DNA of 62,050 bases, the filler included, from Diploschistes diacapsis (lineage: Eukaryota): the NCBI GenBank assembly GCA_023645945.1. It is 9 parts of 9 records of this genome, joined end to end, with 100 filler letters (N's around TTAATTAATTAA, not from the genome) between each part and the next. Parts side by side here need not be neighbours in the genome. Positions count along the whole stretch, not along the records: positions 35,728 to 40,047 come from JALAIB010001727.1; positions 40,148 to 44,466 come from JALAIB010001728.1; positions 44,567 to 48,884 come from JALAIB010001729.1; positions 48,985 to 53,281 come from JALAIB010001730.1; 5 more parts are not named here. One strand, given 5' to 3'. A program made the position numbers and the translations under genes. Of the stretch, positions 36,464-49,258 are shown piece after piece (within the stretch, counting starts at the first letter, position 1; every line of letters begins with the position of its first letter). The notes under the pieces were generated by a model. It worked only from the letters and a program-made list of their open reading frames with translations, was not told the origin of the DNA and did no database searches.

Positions 36464-38767
36464 TCATTCTAGATCCTTCTCACGGAGCTTGCGAGGTTTC
36501 TTCGTCCTCTTCCTCCCCGTCTCGTCCTTCCTACCGCGCAACTCTTCGGCCAAATCCCGGATAGTATCATCCTCTTCCCTGGCCCCAACGCGTATCTCTA
36601 TGGTTCGCGTCTTCGGCCTGGGCCTTGCCGAGCCGGATCTCGACGAGCGGACGACGCGTGTCTTTGCCCCCAGCGCCCAGAGATCGCCCCATCTCGCTTT
36701 CCTTGCATCTCGGTATCCTTGATTGCTGAAAGATTTTGGAACCGTCCATCGCTCAAGATTCGCGGCCGGCGTGCAGAGGTCAAACGTCACGTGCTTGTGC
36801 CGCTTAATGGCAGGCGCTAGGAGACGCGGAAGGGTCATTGGGTTTGGAACAGCATCGTCATCTTCGTAGCCCCTCAGGGCTGCCAGTGTTGACTCTTCAT
36901 TCTGAGGTGTAAGGGTTGTTGTCCTTTCGTCAATACCCCTTCTCACCGAAACATAACTGAATTGTATATCTTCATGATTGGAGTGCTTGGGACCGTGAAT
37001 ACGTTGAAGGAAAGGCGGCCGAACAAACCTCTGGGAGAAATGACAGTGATCCTTTCTACCAGACATCTGCCCAGACTCCATGTACATCGGGCATGTGCCA
37101 TGATTAGTACAAGGTGCGATTATCATACCTGGTTCTTTCTTGATAAAGCGCCCAGGACTGGCGGCTTGAATCTCGTTCTCAACGACTGCAGATCCGGGGG
37201 AAGCTATGTGATGGTTGAGCAGCACTTCCCGTGCTCCTGCAACCAATTCAAACCCACGAGGTACGCCTTTCTCGATGATGATCAGGACGCCCCCATTCGG
37301 ATTCAGAAGCGTAAAGTAGTTCTGCACTTGAGCTTTGCGCATGTAGTCCTCTTTCAATGTCCACAGCGTATGGGGAGCGATTATGAGGTCGTACTGCTTG
37401 CGAAGCTCGGGATTGTGGGTTTGAGAACCTGGTAGATCTCTGGTGGAAACAAAATCTTGCATTCGCGGAAGGAATGTTGTGTTTTCCAGCAGCAATTTTA
37501 TCCGCTGTCGGAGCTCACTGGATCCGGCGATCACGGTAGCCTTGCCTAGCGGTACTGGGTTTTTCGGCGATTCCTCAGGGTACAATCGGGTCCACTCCGC
37601 CCTCAACACTTCATGCCATGCCAGTATACCAGCACCGCCTGCACCTGCATCAAGAACTCTAGGACCGCCTTCCCTGCGTAGCAACCCTTCGAGCCATTCG
37701 GAGCCGAGCCTTCTCCTTGTCTCGACGAGTGTAGCCATCACGGACGCATACGCACCAGGCATGTTGGCTGCGATGAATGAACTTGCCTCCATTGGACCCA
37801 TACGCGACTGCGAAGCTTCGAGAGCGATTGGCTTTTGCTGCAAATGTCTTCCTCTGCCTGAAGGCGTGGCAACAGAGTCTGGCAGTATCTCTCCGCCAAA
37901 CGTTTTCTTCGTGCATTCTGCGAGTTGTTTGTTAGATACCATAGACAGGATGCCAGAGATAGGTTCAACAAAGGTATTCTTGGGCAGTAGAATCGAGGAC
38001 GGAAAGGTAGCGAAACGGCCAGCTTCGGTGTATGGATGCGATCGATTGTTGCTCTCGTCGCGAGCCCTCTCCTCTTCACTTAAATCCGGTTCAATGTCTG
38101 CTAAGGTATACTCCTGCCCATCGTCGTTAATGTATCCCTCTTCGCCTTCAGAACTTGCAGCAGCATCCATATCTCTCAATAGCATCATTCTCGCGGCATA
38201 CTCTTCATCAGTCTCTGAATCAAGACGCTTCGAAGGGATCAGATCCTCTGCCAGCAGATCTCCCTCTTCCTCGACCTCAGGAATGTTATCGACCTCCTCC
38301 AATTCGCCATCGCCTCGCTCTCGATACAAGGTCGGCCCCTTCTCCTCTTCTTCCTCCACTGCCGATTCTTCTATGTCTTCAAGAAGCTCGGCATCTTCTG
38401 CAGATGTCTCTGCTACTGGCGGACCGTAGAGCCTCTCGTAGATCTTATATTCTTCTGCAGAGAGGTAGTTTGCTGGAAGTGTAGCACCAAAAGTATTTCT
38501 GGCATGTCTAACGGCGGCTTCTAGGTCTTCGTATGGTGTTGCATCTGCTGAGCATTGTTGTTCAATACTGTCCGAAGTAGCAGGGTCTGCAAATTTCAGC
38601 GGTTGCACCGTGCTGAAAGCCCGCAACGGCTGCCCGACATGGCCAGGGGAACGCGGGAGTCTTCCAACAGATATTGCGTTGGGGCTTGCGAAGCCGACGT
38701 TGAAAAGGGCGTATAAAGCTCTCCTACAGCCCGAGCAAAGTGGCTTCATAGACCTTTCGATAAGCAT
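36464..38767 (-). CDS. RSM22: Mitochondrial small-subunit assembly factor Rsm22 (methyltransferase fold)
   Basis: 767-aa ORF with a mitochondrial presequence-like N-terminus, VLDAGAGGAG, YDLIIAPHTL, GGVLIIIEKGVPRGFE, IIAPCTNHGTCPM, CHFSQRF and GYRDARKARWGDLW. Confidence 0.93.
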   Translation of the reverse strand: MLIERSMKPLCSGCRRALYALFNVGFASPNAISVGRLPRSPGHVGQPLRAFSTVQPLKFADPATSDSIEQQCSADATPYEDLEAAVRHARNTFGATLPANYLSAEEYKIYERLYGPPVAETSAEDAELLEDIEESAVEEEEEKGPTLYRERGDGELEEVDNIPEVEEEGDLLAEDLIPSKRLDSETDEEYAARMMLLRDMDAAASSEGEEGYINDDGQEYTLADIEPDLSEEERARDESNNRSHPYTEAGRFATFPSSILLPKNTFVEPISGILSMVSNKQLAECTKKTFGGEILPDSVATPSGRGRHLQQKPIALEASQSRMGPMEASSFIAANMPGAYASVMATLVETRRRLGSEWLEGLLRREGGPRVLDAGAGGAGILAWHEVLRAEWTRLYPEESPKNPVPLGKATVIAGSSELRQRIKLLLENTTFLPRMQDFVSTRDLPGSQTHNPELRKQYDLIIAPHTLWTLKEDYMRKAQVQNYFTLLNPNGGVLIIIEKGVPRGFELVAGAREVLLNHHIASPGSAVVENEIQAASPGRFIKKEPGMIIAPCTNHGTCPMYMESGQMSGRKDHCHFSQRFVRPPFLQRIHGPKHSNHEDIQFSYVSVRRGIDERTTTLTPQNEESTLAALRGYEDDDAVPNPMTLPRLLAPAIKRHKHVTFDLCTPAANLERWTVPKSFSNQGYRDARKARWGDLWALGAKTRVVRSSRSGSARPRPKTRTIEIRVGAREEDDTIRDLAEELRGRKDETGRKRTKKPRKLREKDLE

Positions 38768-39113
38768 TATCTCGCATGTTATATGATGTCTGTTCCTTCA
38801 TGCCAAAATCTCTATCAAAGTGAGTCGGAGATAACGTAACGGATTTTCGGGTTTTGGTAGCTGCTCCCATCATGACCTAAAATCAACATTCGAATTACCC
38901 AAGACAAGCACCTTTCGACGCCGCTGTTTCTCACAGCATATTAAGGCCAGTAGGTAGGCTATAGTATAGTAGTGATGAATATGAGGACCATATACAGTGC
39001 TCCGATGTCTATAACTAATGAAAATTTTCGTGTTGCACAGCATGTTCGAGCAAGCGGGGGAAGACTTCAACAACACTTGATTTCCCTCTCAAACCTGTCT
39101 ACACAAAGTTGTA

Positions 39114-39720
39114 ATGCTTCGTTTACTTGGCAAGAAGCTCTTCAAGACCCTGTCTCCTGTTCTCCGATATCCAGCAAGATTCCGCAATTTCAAGCCTGTA
39201 TACACATCCCCTAGACTGGCAAGCCAGCGGAATCTCCGTGGATGGACACTCGCAGCAGCCGCCTTTGCGGCTCCGCTTACCATTGGCGATATACTTCAGC
39301 AGTACCGCAATTTTCATAACAACAAAGTGCTTTTGGACTTTCTCTTCGATCCTCTGGAGCAGTATCACGTGGAACTTAACCCGAAGCTGTCACAAGAGAT
39401 AAGCAGCATGTTGGCTGCTGAACTAGGAAAGGGAACAGAAGAAGACTCTCCGATCTCCAACTATCACAAACACATGATTGTGCAGGGAGATTTTTCCATT
39501 AAGCAGCTGACCCAGATTGGTCCGTTCGGCACAAACAGCAAGCAACCAAGCCCATCAGTCTGAGAATCTGTTGAGTAGTAGGATAGAAACTTAAGAGTGA
39601 TCCTGATATTGCCATTAGGATCCATCTCCTAGATGGACGAGAAGAGTTTCGTTGACCCGATGGTTGAACTTCGAGCATTTCGGTTTCCATTTTCTCAGAT
39701 CACTTAGGGTCGAAGCACTA
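39114..39720 (+). pseudogene. Hypothetical gene, probably disrupted downstream of 39563
   Basis: 149-aa ORF divergent from RSM22, followed by coding-like sequence with stops (KLKSDPDIAIRIHLL). Family not recognised. Confidence 0.3.
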
Positions 39721-40147
39721 TGAAGTCTCAAAAAATAATATGGCAAGATGTAATGTTCTGTTTTCATTGTCGTCAGCATTGAAGGTTGGGATCGAAAGGA
39801 GAATAGCTGCCGATCAAACTTGCCTCGCTGAGCATACGCGTTCACGACTTATGGATGTCCCCATTTTCCGCTTTTCAAAAGCTGATATGCATCACTCAAA
39901 GACTCCTCCCCAAGCCGTACTCGGCCCACTCATCTACCCATTCCCATTCATCATCCTTTCCTCCTCCCCCACCACGAAATCTCTAACGCCTCCCTTCCAA
40001 TCCGCAATCCTCCCTCCCGTGATCCTAACAACCACCACCTTCACCCCNNNNNNNNNNNNNNNNNNNNNNNNNNNNNNNNNNNNNNNNNNNNTTAATTAAT
40101 TAANNNNNNNNNNNNNNNNNNNNNNNNNNNNNNNNNNNNNNNNNNNN

Positions 40148-40251
40148 CTATAAGGCTTTAAATTAATTATTTTTAGAAATATTTTATTATAAATATTTAT
40201 TATTGTAGTTTTGTTATTGTATCATGTGTTCGGGTACTAGGGTCACGACTC
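40148..40251 (+). mobile_element. Terminus of the same DNA transposon as 28280-28398
   Basis: Near-identical GCTTTAAATTAATTATTTTTAGAAATATTTTA...CGGGTACTAGGGTCACGACTC-TA. Confidence 0.75.
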
Positions 40252-40538
40252 TACTTGTAGTCGATCTTTCTCCGCTGCTGCTACGGACAGATACCATCTA
40301 CCGTCTGTACATATAGGATACGAAGGACAACCATAATAGAATTGTTGAAGGCATGGTGCATTGTTCTTGTGGCTGAACGAACTCATCATGTAGATAGACT
40401 TTTTTGGTTTCCACGATACCGTGGAAGCGAACAAGGCAAGTAAGGGGCAAGGGGCAATACTTGACTGGATTTCTTCACACAATTGTTCCCTCGTGAAATT
40501 GATTGACATCTTCAACTAATTGATACAAGAGTATCAAG

Positions 40539-43500
40539 TCAGTCGTCTTCCTTTGGATCCTCGACTTTCGACCACGCCGCGAGGCAATCCACGGCCTCTT
40601 TTCGAACATTCCTCCTTGGATCGTCTAAAACGGGTGCTAACCCGCCCTCTACTGTCTTCATATTGGCTATGAGAATCACATCCTTTATCTTCCCAGGGAA
40701 CGTAGCCATACAGCGTAGCGCATTTAATCGAATGTTCTCCTATGTTTGTTCAGATATCGTCAAATAAAACCGGTTGCGGCCAGCTTACAGGGTTATTCTC
40801 CTCAAGATACGCTGAGGCTCTGATGAGCCTCGCTAGTATGCTTGGCACATGTTCCACCAAACTAATTGGGTCTTTCTGAAGTATTATGGTCAATGTCTTA
40901 ATAGTAGCTGCCTTTGCTTCGTTATCTTCCAGGTCCAAGCTTTGCAACAAAAGCGGTAGCAGCGATTCCAACTGTAACATCAAAACGGTCGGATCCAGTT
41001 GCTTCAGCATACCACAGAGCGCCGTGAGATGATTGCGTTTCACAAAGCCAGGCGACTTTCTAGTTATCTCTTTAATCATCGGAACGCATTGTATGAAGAC
41101 CTTTTGTTTTGCTAGTAGGCGAATATTTGCACCATTTTCCTTCGAAAGCATGCACTCCAGTGATATTATCATGCCAAATCCGCGAGCAGCATCCGAGCCA
41201 TACGTTTCATTGGACAAGAACCTAAGCAGAGTATTCAGTAATTTCTCCATTCCGAACATTCGGAACAAAAGTGCCTTAGAGATCCAAAAGGCTACATGGA
41301 TTTTTCGATTCGTAGTGGGACTACATAGTAAGGAAGTGCTTCCAGAGTCGCAGACCAGCTTGAGTGGTTCATCCAAAGTTGAAATATCCATGAACTTGTT
41401 GATGACCATGGCTATGTGCTCCAGCAGAAAACGACGAATACCTAGCGAGTGCTCGTGGAAGCAATGTTGAACCAGTTCTTTTACCAACAATGGCAGGTTG
41501 GCGTTAGGCACGGGCAATTGAATCTACCATGTGAATATTAGCTCCTTTCTCAGATGGAGGCGGGGCAGAAACTAACATGATACGGCAAAGCGGCAACGAG
41601 GTGAGTTGAAAGAATCACAGTCAGCCGCCGAAAGAAAGATATTTTCCCAGTTCCGTTGAGAAATATAAAGACAGGACCACCAGTGTACAGCTTGTAGACT
41701 TGTTCAGCGATCTCAGTCTGGAATTCTATATCCGAAGCTCGGACTGTAATATATATAATCTTTCCCAGCGCATCAAACGTTGATTCATTCAGCAATGGGT
41801 GTCTGGCTCCCAAGGTGCAGAGTTCCGCGGCATGCTGGAGCAACTTCAAGATTCGGGCTCGTTGACTTGCAAATTGGGGGCTGTCCTGCCAATGGGGTTG
41901 GCTAAAAGCGAAGTAAAGTGACGACAACAGAGCCTCAATATATTGAGTAAAAATCTCTTTCGATACAGCAACATCAAGACAACCGAAAAGTCGCCTTGTC
42001 AAAAGATCAAAGAGCTCGGGCTCAGCACTAAGGGATGCGAGAACGCTCAGCGCCCTTGTGTATTCTGCCATTGGGTGGAGCTCGGACTCTGGTAGCTTAC
42101 ACAAAAGTCGGGGTATTGTGATAGTTGCAATTAGCTCAGGTTGAACCTTGGATATCCGCAGAAGCCCTTGAATAGCACCTCGTTGTAGATCCCGTTGGAA
42201 CTCTACTCCTTCATCTACGGCAATGTTTTCGAGGTACTGAACCACCAAAGCAATCTCCGCATCTTCCATCAGGTCCCTCATCTGACATAACGCGAGCAAG
42301 CTGTCAAGGACAAGCATACGGAACGAAGGCTCCTTGTTGGTGGTTGCCTGCAGAGCTTGGGTGAGGAGGCTAAAAAGGCGGTCTTTGAAAGGACGCAACG
42401 GGTTTGCAGTATTTGAGTCAGGGATTTGCTTCGGAGACCCACAGATGGATAGATCCGAATCAAGGAGAAGCTTCAAGGGCTCTATCACAGCTCGCTTTTC
42501 CTCTATCGTGCCGGCATCTGCGTACATGAGCAGAATGCTGGGGATCACTCTATCAACAGTAGCGAACAAGGCTAGCGTCGTGGTTCTCGCGATCGCTTCA
42601 AGCAGTCGGCTTGCAGCCTTGGCTTGCTTGTGCTGCGGTTCTTTGATACGTTCCATGCATTCAGTGATTATGGAGTCCAAGACCGGCGGCGGACAACTCG
42701 AAGAGGGATGTTCAACGGCGCAGAGCCGAGATATCAGTGTCTGTAGTACTGCTACCGCCTCTTCTGCTAAATCGTCCTCCTGTGGGTTTAAGACCTCGTA
42801 TTTGAGCGAGTCCCACAGCGTGGGAGAGTATCGGCACAGAACTTCGAGGCGATAAGACTGTACACAAGCATGCAGGGTCTGTATTACGTCGCTCTTCGGA
42901 TTGTTAGATCGAATAAATCTACTAGTGGCTAGAAGGCTGACCTTGATATTTGAGGAACCAGAGTCTAACTTCTCCATCAACTGAGGAAAGGCGTATGGTG
43001 CCATGAGGCTCGACCCCGCAATACATCCTCGCAGAGATTCTTTGAGGTCCTGCGAGGTGATGCCAAACGGGTTTCCTGGTGGGGGTCGGAATGTTATTGG
43101 GTAGTAACAGAAGACGGAGTCGAAGAGAAGCTGCGAGCATCAGAGGGAGAAAACTCATCCAGTCCTCGTTGTGCTCACCTCGGCCTGGGCCGTTATGTCC
43201 CATTCAGATATAAGCACATTGAGGACTGAAAAGACTATCATCAGGTTGCGAGGGTCCTTCTCACCGCTGACAAAGTTAGTGATTCCCACGATAGTTTCTG
43301 GCCCTTGTCCGCGAATCACGGTTCGATGCTTCAAAAGGATATTGTTTAGCAGTTGCAAGGATTCCAGCCTCTGGCTCTGTGGCCTTGTTTGAATATTCTC
43401 CTGGTCTAATAGCAGGCTATAGCGAGGTTAGTGCAACCTAAGTCAAACCGATGATTTATAACGATAGGTGATGGTGGAAACAGATATACAAGGGCACTTA

Positions 43501-43908
43501 CTCACGCCTTGAACGTCATTACAGCTAGATCATCATGGAACCTCGAGGAGTTCTGTATTATGATAAGACCGGTAGTGGCACCTCCATCCTTAATACGGTC
43601 GCAAAGGAATTGCGTTATCGCATTCAACTGTTGTCTTGAAAGAAAATCCGATGGCAGAGCCGCCAGAACTTGCGAGAGGTAGAGTATCGCTTTTGAGCGA
43701 ATAGTAACATCCTCATCCTGCAGATATGCTCCGAGTGACTCTATAACTTGAATCAGGTTCGCTTCCTTTGCTTCGAGTTCTAACGTAGTAAGAGACAGAA
43801 TACAGTTGGGATGGCTGACGACCAACTTGTAGCTGTCCTTCGAGCAATCCGTTGGGCTGCTGGTTTGTCCAAGTCAACAGTATGAATGTAATCGCGAACA
43901 TCCAACAT
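40539..43908 (-). CDS. MMS19: MMS19/Met18 cytosolic Fe-S assembly targeting factor (HEAT repeats)
   Basis: LIQVIESLGAYLQDEDVTIRSKA, VSGEKDPRNLMIVFS, CYYPITFRPPPGNPFG, LWDSLKYEV and IRLLAKQKVF; C-terminus LDDPRRNVRKEAVDC; several introns. Confidence 0.93.
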
Positions 43909-44098
43909 AGCGAAGCCTTAGCTTGCTACAATACTTAAATCCTAGAACAGTCGGGAAAATATCAAAGTAGCTTCGGCAGGTCTTATTCTGCTTACTGTAC
44001 ACAAAAATTATATGACAAGTACCATGGTTCTCAAGATACTTTCTCAGTCATAATATCATGTGTCTGGCGACACATTGTTGAAACTGGTGGAAGTTCTA

Positions 44099-44308
44099 AC
44101 GTGTTTCATTACTTAACGGCCCACCCCATAAAGCGGCTTACAATCCCTGCACCTTCGTAAAATGTATTTTTCAACATTTTTACCTTTCGTACATATAATT
44201 TTATGTGTGGTTGTAGGGCTCAAAAGCTCGTTTAAAACTATTTAACGAAATTATATTATAATGTAGTGAACCGCTTCGCGGTGTGATCCGTTAAGTAATA
44301 AAACACGT
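44099..44308. mobile_element. Fot1-type MITE (210 bp) with TA target duplication
   Basis: TA-ACGTGTTTCATTACTTAACGG...CCGTTAAGTAATAAAACACGT-TA. A second, inverted and more mutated copy starts at 44414 and runs into the gap. Confidence 0.85.
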
Positions 44309-44566
44309 TAATAGGTAACTGATGACTAAGAATATATTCTTTAGCTAGTCCTAACTAGGGATTAATTTTAGCCTGCCTAGCCTTCTAGCTGACTATTGTT
44401 TAGTAATAATATAACGTGTTTTATTATTTAACGGATTATATCATAAAGCGGTTTATTAAATTATAANNNNNNNNNNNNNNNNNNNNNNNNNNNNNNNNNN
44501 NNNNNNNNNNTTAATTAATTAANNNNNNNNNNNNNNNNNNNNNNNNNNNNNNNNNNNNNNNNNNNN

Positions 44567-46165
44567 TTAATACCGATAAAATAAGGAAATACAAAATTAT
44601 TACCCGCGAAAGAATAAATAATCGAAATATTAATATTATCGTCGAAATTATATAAAATACTTAAAACTTCGTTAAGAAACATATAATATTAACGCAATAA
44701 CGATAAAAATAATACGCGGATAAGCACCGACGTTTTATTAAAAAGATTAATTTCGATAATTCGATTTAATTAAATATATATAATATCAAAACTACCCGAG
44801 CTTATAAGAAATTAAACAACAAATAAAATAGTTTTTATAACGTTCTACGGAAGATAAACGATATAGATTTCAAATTAGATCTATTAACGTCGATAAAGCA
44901 GTTTAAAACCTTTTATTCGTTTCTATTTTCGAAAGACCCGCAAGACCTTTTAAAAAGATAGATGTATCCTAAATCATTTCCGATAAAAACGGAGGACGAA
45001 AAAGAATAAAAGATCGAAGAAATCTTTAACGTTAAAAAAAACCTCGGGCGAGGAATAAACATTTAATATAAAATACGTTAAATAAAATAGTTCATCGACG
45101 ATAATTAGTATCCCGCCGTTAATTTCAAAAATGCTCTTAAGATCCTACGGGAATTTTATTAATTAAATCCCGAAAAGATAAAACTTCCGTAATTAATAAT
45201 ATTCGAAAATAGATAATTTATATTAATAAAAATTATAAACGGGAACGAATCTTTAAAATAAAACGATATCGATTATTACGACGATCACGTTTTTTTATAA
45301 AATCTAAAAACGTATTTAATTAAAAATAATATTAAAAGAAGTTTAAAAAAGCGAAAATATTTATTATAAAAGAATAACGAGTATTTTTTTAAATAAATTA
45401 AAAAAAGGAATAAAAATCGAAATAAAAATTAATTAAAAAAAGAACATCGCGCTTATAAGAGACACAAGCATCTAGAAAGGGAGGTAGTAAGACAGCCCAG
45501 CTTAAGGGCTTATCAAGCCACGGTAGGGTTAATGCCCAGGTGCTTGTCAAGCCACGGCAGGATTAGTGCCCAGGTGCTTGCCAAGACACGGCAGGGTTAG
45601 GAAATGGTTGTATAGTCCCCGAACCCCGGTAGGCCTAACACCCATACTACTTAACGGTACCCTCCTCCCACTTAGATAGTTTCTTCTTCAGCTTTTCGAA
45701 TCGAGACCTTTTACTTACAGATACCTAAGCTATACCTAATCCTTCCGGATCAGGCCCAGCCCCCGGTAGAGTAGCATCCTTTCCTGCGCTGGCGTTTCAG
45801 TTACTACTATTAAGAGATGTCGCTTGCGTATCGCTTAGACTTGCATTTGCCGGTGTCGCTTGTGACGTCATGGCCCACGATGCCATTAGGCATCCACTAT
45901 TTGTTGCTATAAGAACTCGTTATACCCACCTAGCTTTTGGAATCTATCTTCTTCACCACTTACAAATTTGACGCTATACTGACAGCAACCCCCAATAAAT
46001 CTACCCGGTTTTTTAAGCCTAGATTTTTTAGGGTTAGGGCTTACTGCTTCGCTTAGGAACTTGGAGGCTACTTGCCGACGCATGATATTATTATTATTAG
46101 AACTTCGGAGTATCTATAGACCCGGCTCTGAGTATTTGCAACTCCTATCTTTATGGGAGATCTCA
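44567..46165 (+). mobile_element. RIP-degraded Ty3/Gypsy chromovirus 3' end: integrase tail, chromodomain, PPT and 3' LTR
   Basis: E*KIEEIFNVKKNLGRGINI*YKIR*..YPAVNFKNALKILREFY (~45005-45160) is chromodomain-like. PPT AGAAAGGGAGGTAG (45474-45487). The LTR starts at 45488 and its end is tentatively TCTCA at 46165. Confidence 0.75.
45508..45600 (+). repeat. 34-bp tandem repeat (~2.7 copies) inside the LTR
   Basis: GCTT(A/G)TCAAGCCACGG(T/C)AGG(G/A)TTA(A/G)TGCCCAGGT repeated. Confidence 0.85.
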
Positions 46166-47310
46166 AACTCTTTAGGTTCCGGACACGCGAGTGCTGATCT
46201 ATTATTCCCTTAGATCTGTGTATTTACATGATTCGGTATTCCAAGCCTCAGGGAGAATTCAACTTCGCAACAAGCAACGTCTTTAAGCCAACCATTAAAA
46301 AATAACCGTTTCTTGCTTGCCACAATACATTGCAACTCAGAGGTGCGGGAGGAGGGACCTGGCCCTAATATCTGACAGCAGTGGACACCGTTGGTAAAGG
46401 TCACTGGAGGCAAAAACTTTACTTGCCTACCCTGATCTTAACTTGCATCGGGAGGTCTAAAAATTTTTAGTACTGCGGAGAAGCTGAGTATGATGAATCT
46501 GGGAAAGCTTAGCTAATATTTTAGAAGTGCACAATGATGCTGCAGCTACAGAAATCTCGGTCTACTCTTGCATGCCTAGGTCAAGTTACATTTCTCCAAC
46601 CATGGAGAGCTTGTCCACCATCCCTATTGCAGGATAGAACATCACAACCAAAGGGAGCGGTTTCTACCGCTCCACAGACGTTCCGACCAAGCAGACTGTT
46701 GTGGCCCTGGACCATGATGTTCAAAATAAGAGCCAATCGAACCTTAAGAAGTACCGGGGCAGATCGAAGGATTTGTAAAGAACTAAGCGGTAGACTTTTA
46801 CCAAGCGGGGCGTGAGATATGCTATCAAACTATGGTGGAGGAGGGTTACGTTTTATTAGGGGACGTTCGCTGTAGCTTCGGATAGCCCATTCAAATATGT
46901 ACGGTGGTACTGGATGCCCTGGGACGCCGGTTGTTCGAACGGATGGGGGTAAGCATCTATATCATTTTCCCACAACCTACCGCTGCTCTAGTGTTTTCAT
47001 ACCCCTTGACTCTGAAACTACTGATTGGTCGATTATTTTGCTCTCTGTCTCTTCTCTCCTTGCTACCAGGAACCAGAGGACTATGGTCTATATTTCAATC
47101 GAACAACGTGCCAAAGGTCCTCGTCAGCGCACCTGTACGTAGTTCTTCCAAGTCCCAATACAAAAGATCTGGTATAGTTTTCGCTTGTTGAAAGACAAAT
47201 CTATTTCTGCAACTTCATGCATCACAACCGCATTCTCTCCGCCCAAGGAGCAACCTTCTCTACTCCTCGAAACAACCCGCCCCCTAATTCCCAAGATCTC
47301 TCAACCTCGC

Positions 47311-48099
47311 CTACGCCACCTTCTCCTCCACCTTCCCCGTCTTCAAATCAAACAAGAACCCCTTCACCACCAGCCCCTCCCTCAAAAGCGGACTCGCCCT
47401 CAGCAGCTCCACATCCTCCTTCAAGCTAGCCTCGAAATCCTTGTTAGCAATCTCTCCGAACTCCATCCCTTCGATTTCGTGCCTGTGGCCGGATCCGGGT
47501 CCCGTGCGCTCCTTCAGCCATTTGCGGATGGCCTCGTTGCTGACGTTGGTGAGGCCGCAGTCCGTGTGGTGCACGACGAGGACGGCGCTCAGGCCCAGCA
47601 AATTGTCGAGCACGACGAGGGAGCGCAAGGCGTCCAGGGCGCGGCCGCCAGCGTTGCGGATCACTGCGTGTTCTTTATGGGGCGCAGAGTTAGGCTTTTT
47701 TTTGGGAGGTGACGAAGGGAAGATGGATGGGGAAAGCGGAAAGCGAGAGTGGAAAGTGAGAGCGTACCGCCGATGCCGAAGTTGAAGTACTTTTCTGGGA
47801 TGAGGCGTGCGTCGACGCAGGATACTGGCGGTGGTGGGCCTTGGTCAGCTTGGGAGATCGAGGAGGAAGAGGGAGATGGGAGAGCGGAGAGAAAAGAGAG
47901 GGGAATGCGTGGTACTGATGCAGATGACTGATGGGCCCGTGATGCTGCTGCGGAGTTCGTGGTAGGAAGGGGGAGCTTGGTGGGCCTTTTGGTACTCCCT
48001 GGAGCACGTCAGCTCTAGCCGTGAAGTAAGCTTCGGCAAGAAAGCGCACTTGTTGTTGGCGAGGAGGGCATCGATCTTGTTCTGGGCTGCGTCCGCCAT
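47311..48099 (-). CDS. Beta-class carbonic anhydrase
   Basis: Spliced MADAAQNKIDALLANNK..ISCVDARLIPE..VIRNAGGRA..VVHHTDCG contains the CxDxR and HxxC zinc ligands. Confidence 0.92.
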
Positions 48100-49258
48100 G
48101 ATGTGCTGCTGTATGGTGGGATATTGGGAATTCCCCAAGTCGGGTCAGGGAAGAATCTCTTGAGAGGAGTCAGCAAGTTCAGTGCCGTTCAATTCCAGAA
48201 CTGTTGAGGGTTGTCGAGAGATGAACATGATTCCTCGCCGCCTTTTATACCATCGAGGAAGCGGTGCGTAAAGACCCTCGGGCAGGTTTTGGGGTGCGTC
48301 CACATGCTTACGGGATGCACCAAGGGTAATGACAAATCTACTAAATCGATTAGGAATATCATCATTGCACCTAGCCCTCCAAGCTGGGAAAAGCTGGAGG
48401 TCTTTGTTCCAGCTGCAAGTAGAACCTTCTTTGACCCCGACGTCGCCGAGCTGAGTCAAGGGGGCCCCAACGCTAGACGCGAAGCGAGTTGCCGTAAACG
48501 GTTAGCTTAGGGCTACCCCCCGCGTCTTGGGGCTGGCTGCCCTGCATTCTCCAGCTGAGAGCAAAGAAAGCACAAAAAAATGACTTCGACCCGATTGTCG
48601 TCTGAATGGCGGAAAGAAAGGTCCCCCGTGGGTGCTGGCTGGAAGAGGCTTGGCGAGTTTTTGTTTCCGCGCGGCAGTTTGTGACCTCACCCCTTTGTTT
48701 TCACTATATCTGGGAAGGTAGTCGGTTAGTCTGTACAATGGATGATGTTTCTGGGACCGTAGAGCACAAGGCTCGGCGAGATAAAGGTGTTTTTTTTCCG
48801 TTGGTAATATATCTGGGTTTCTGGGCGGAGAACTGGGTGACTATTGAAGAAGTGCTGGCGAGGGACTGGTGGAGGCGATAGGGGNNNNNNNNNNNNNNNN
48901 NNNNNNNNNNNNNNNNNNNNNNNNNNNNTTAATTAATTAANNNNNNNNNNNNNNNNNNNNNNNNNNNNNNNNNNNNNNNNNNNNGTAAACAAATGTGGCT
49001 GGGGAGGGGGATGACTCCACAGGTACTTGTGGCTGCAGACAAATTTGGGTGATTGAGAAAGTATCTGTAGAACCATGGTACTCATCTTGTAATTTATGTG
49101 TACAGTAGGCAGAATAGCACTTGCCGCCTGGTCAAGCTTCGCGGGGCATTACTAGGAAAATGCAAATCTCCCAAGCACTCAAAAGCAAAAGTCTGCTCTC
49201 GAACTGGAATTTAATAGCATCCGCCACTAAACAAAAATTGTGAACTTTGTATGCCAAA

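Noticed and set aside
37443..38429. 328-aa plus-strand ORF
   Set aside because: Antisense shadow of RSM22.
45508..45600. CRISPR-like 34-bp repeats
   Set aside because: Tandem with no spacers, inside a retrotransposon LTR, in a eukaryote.
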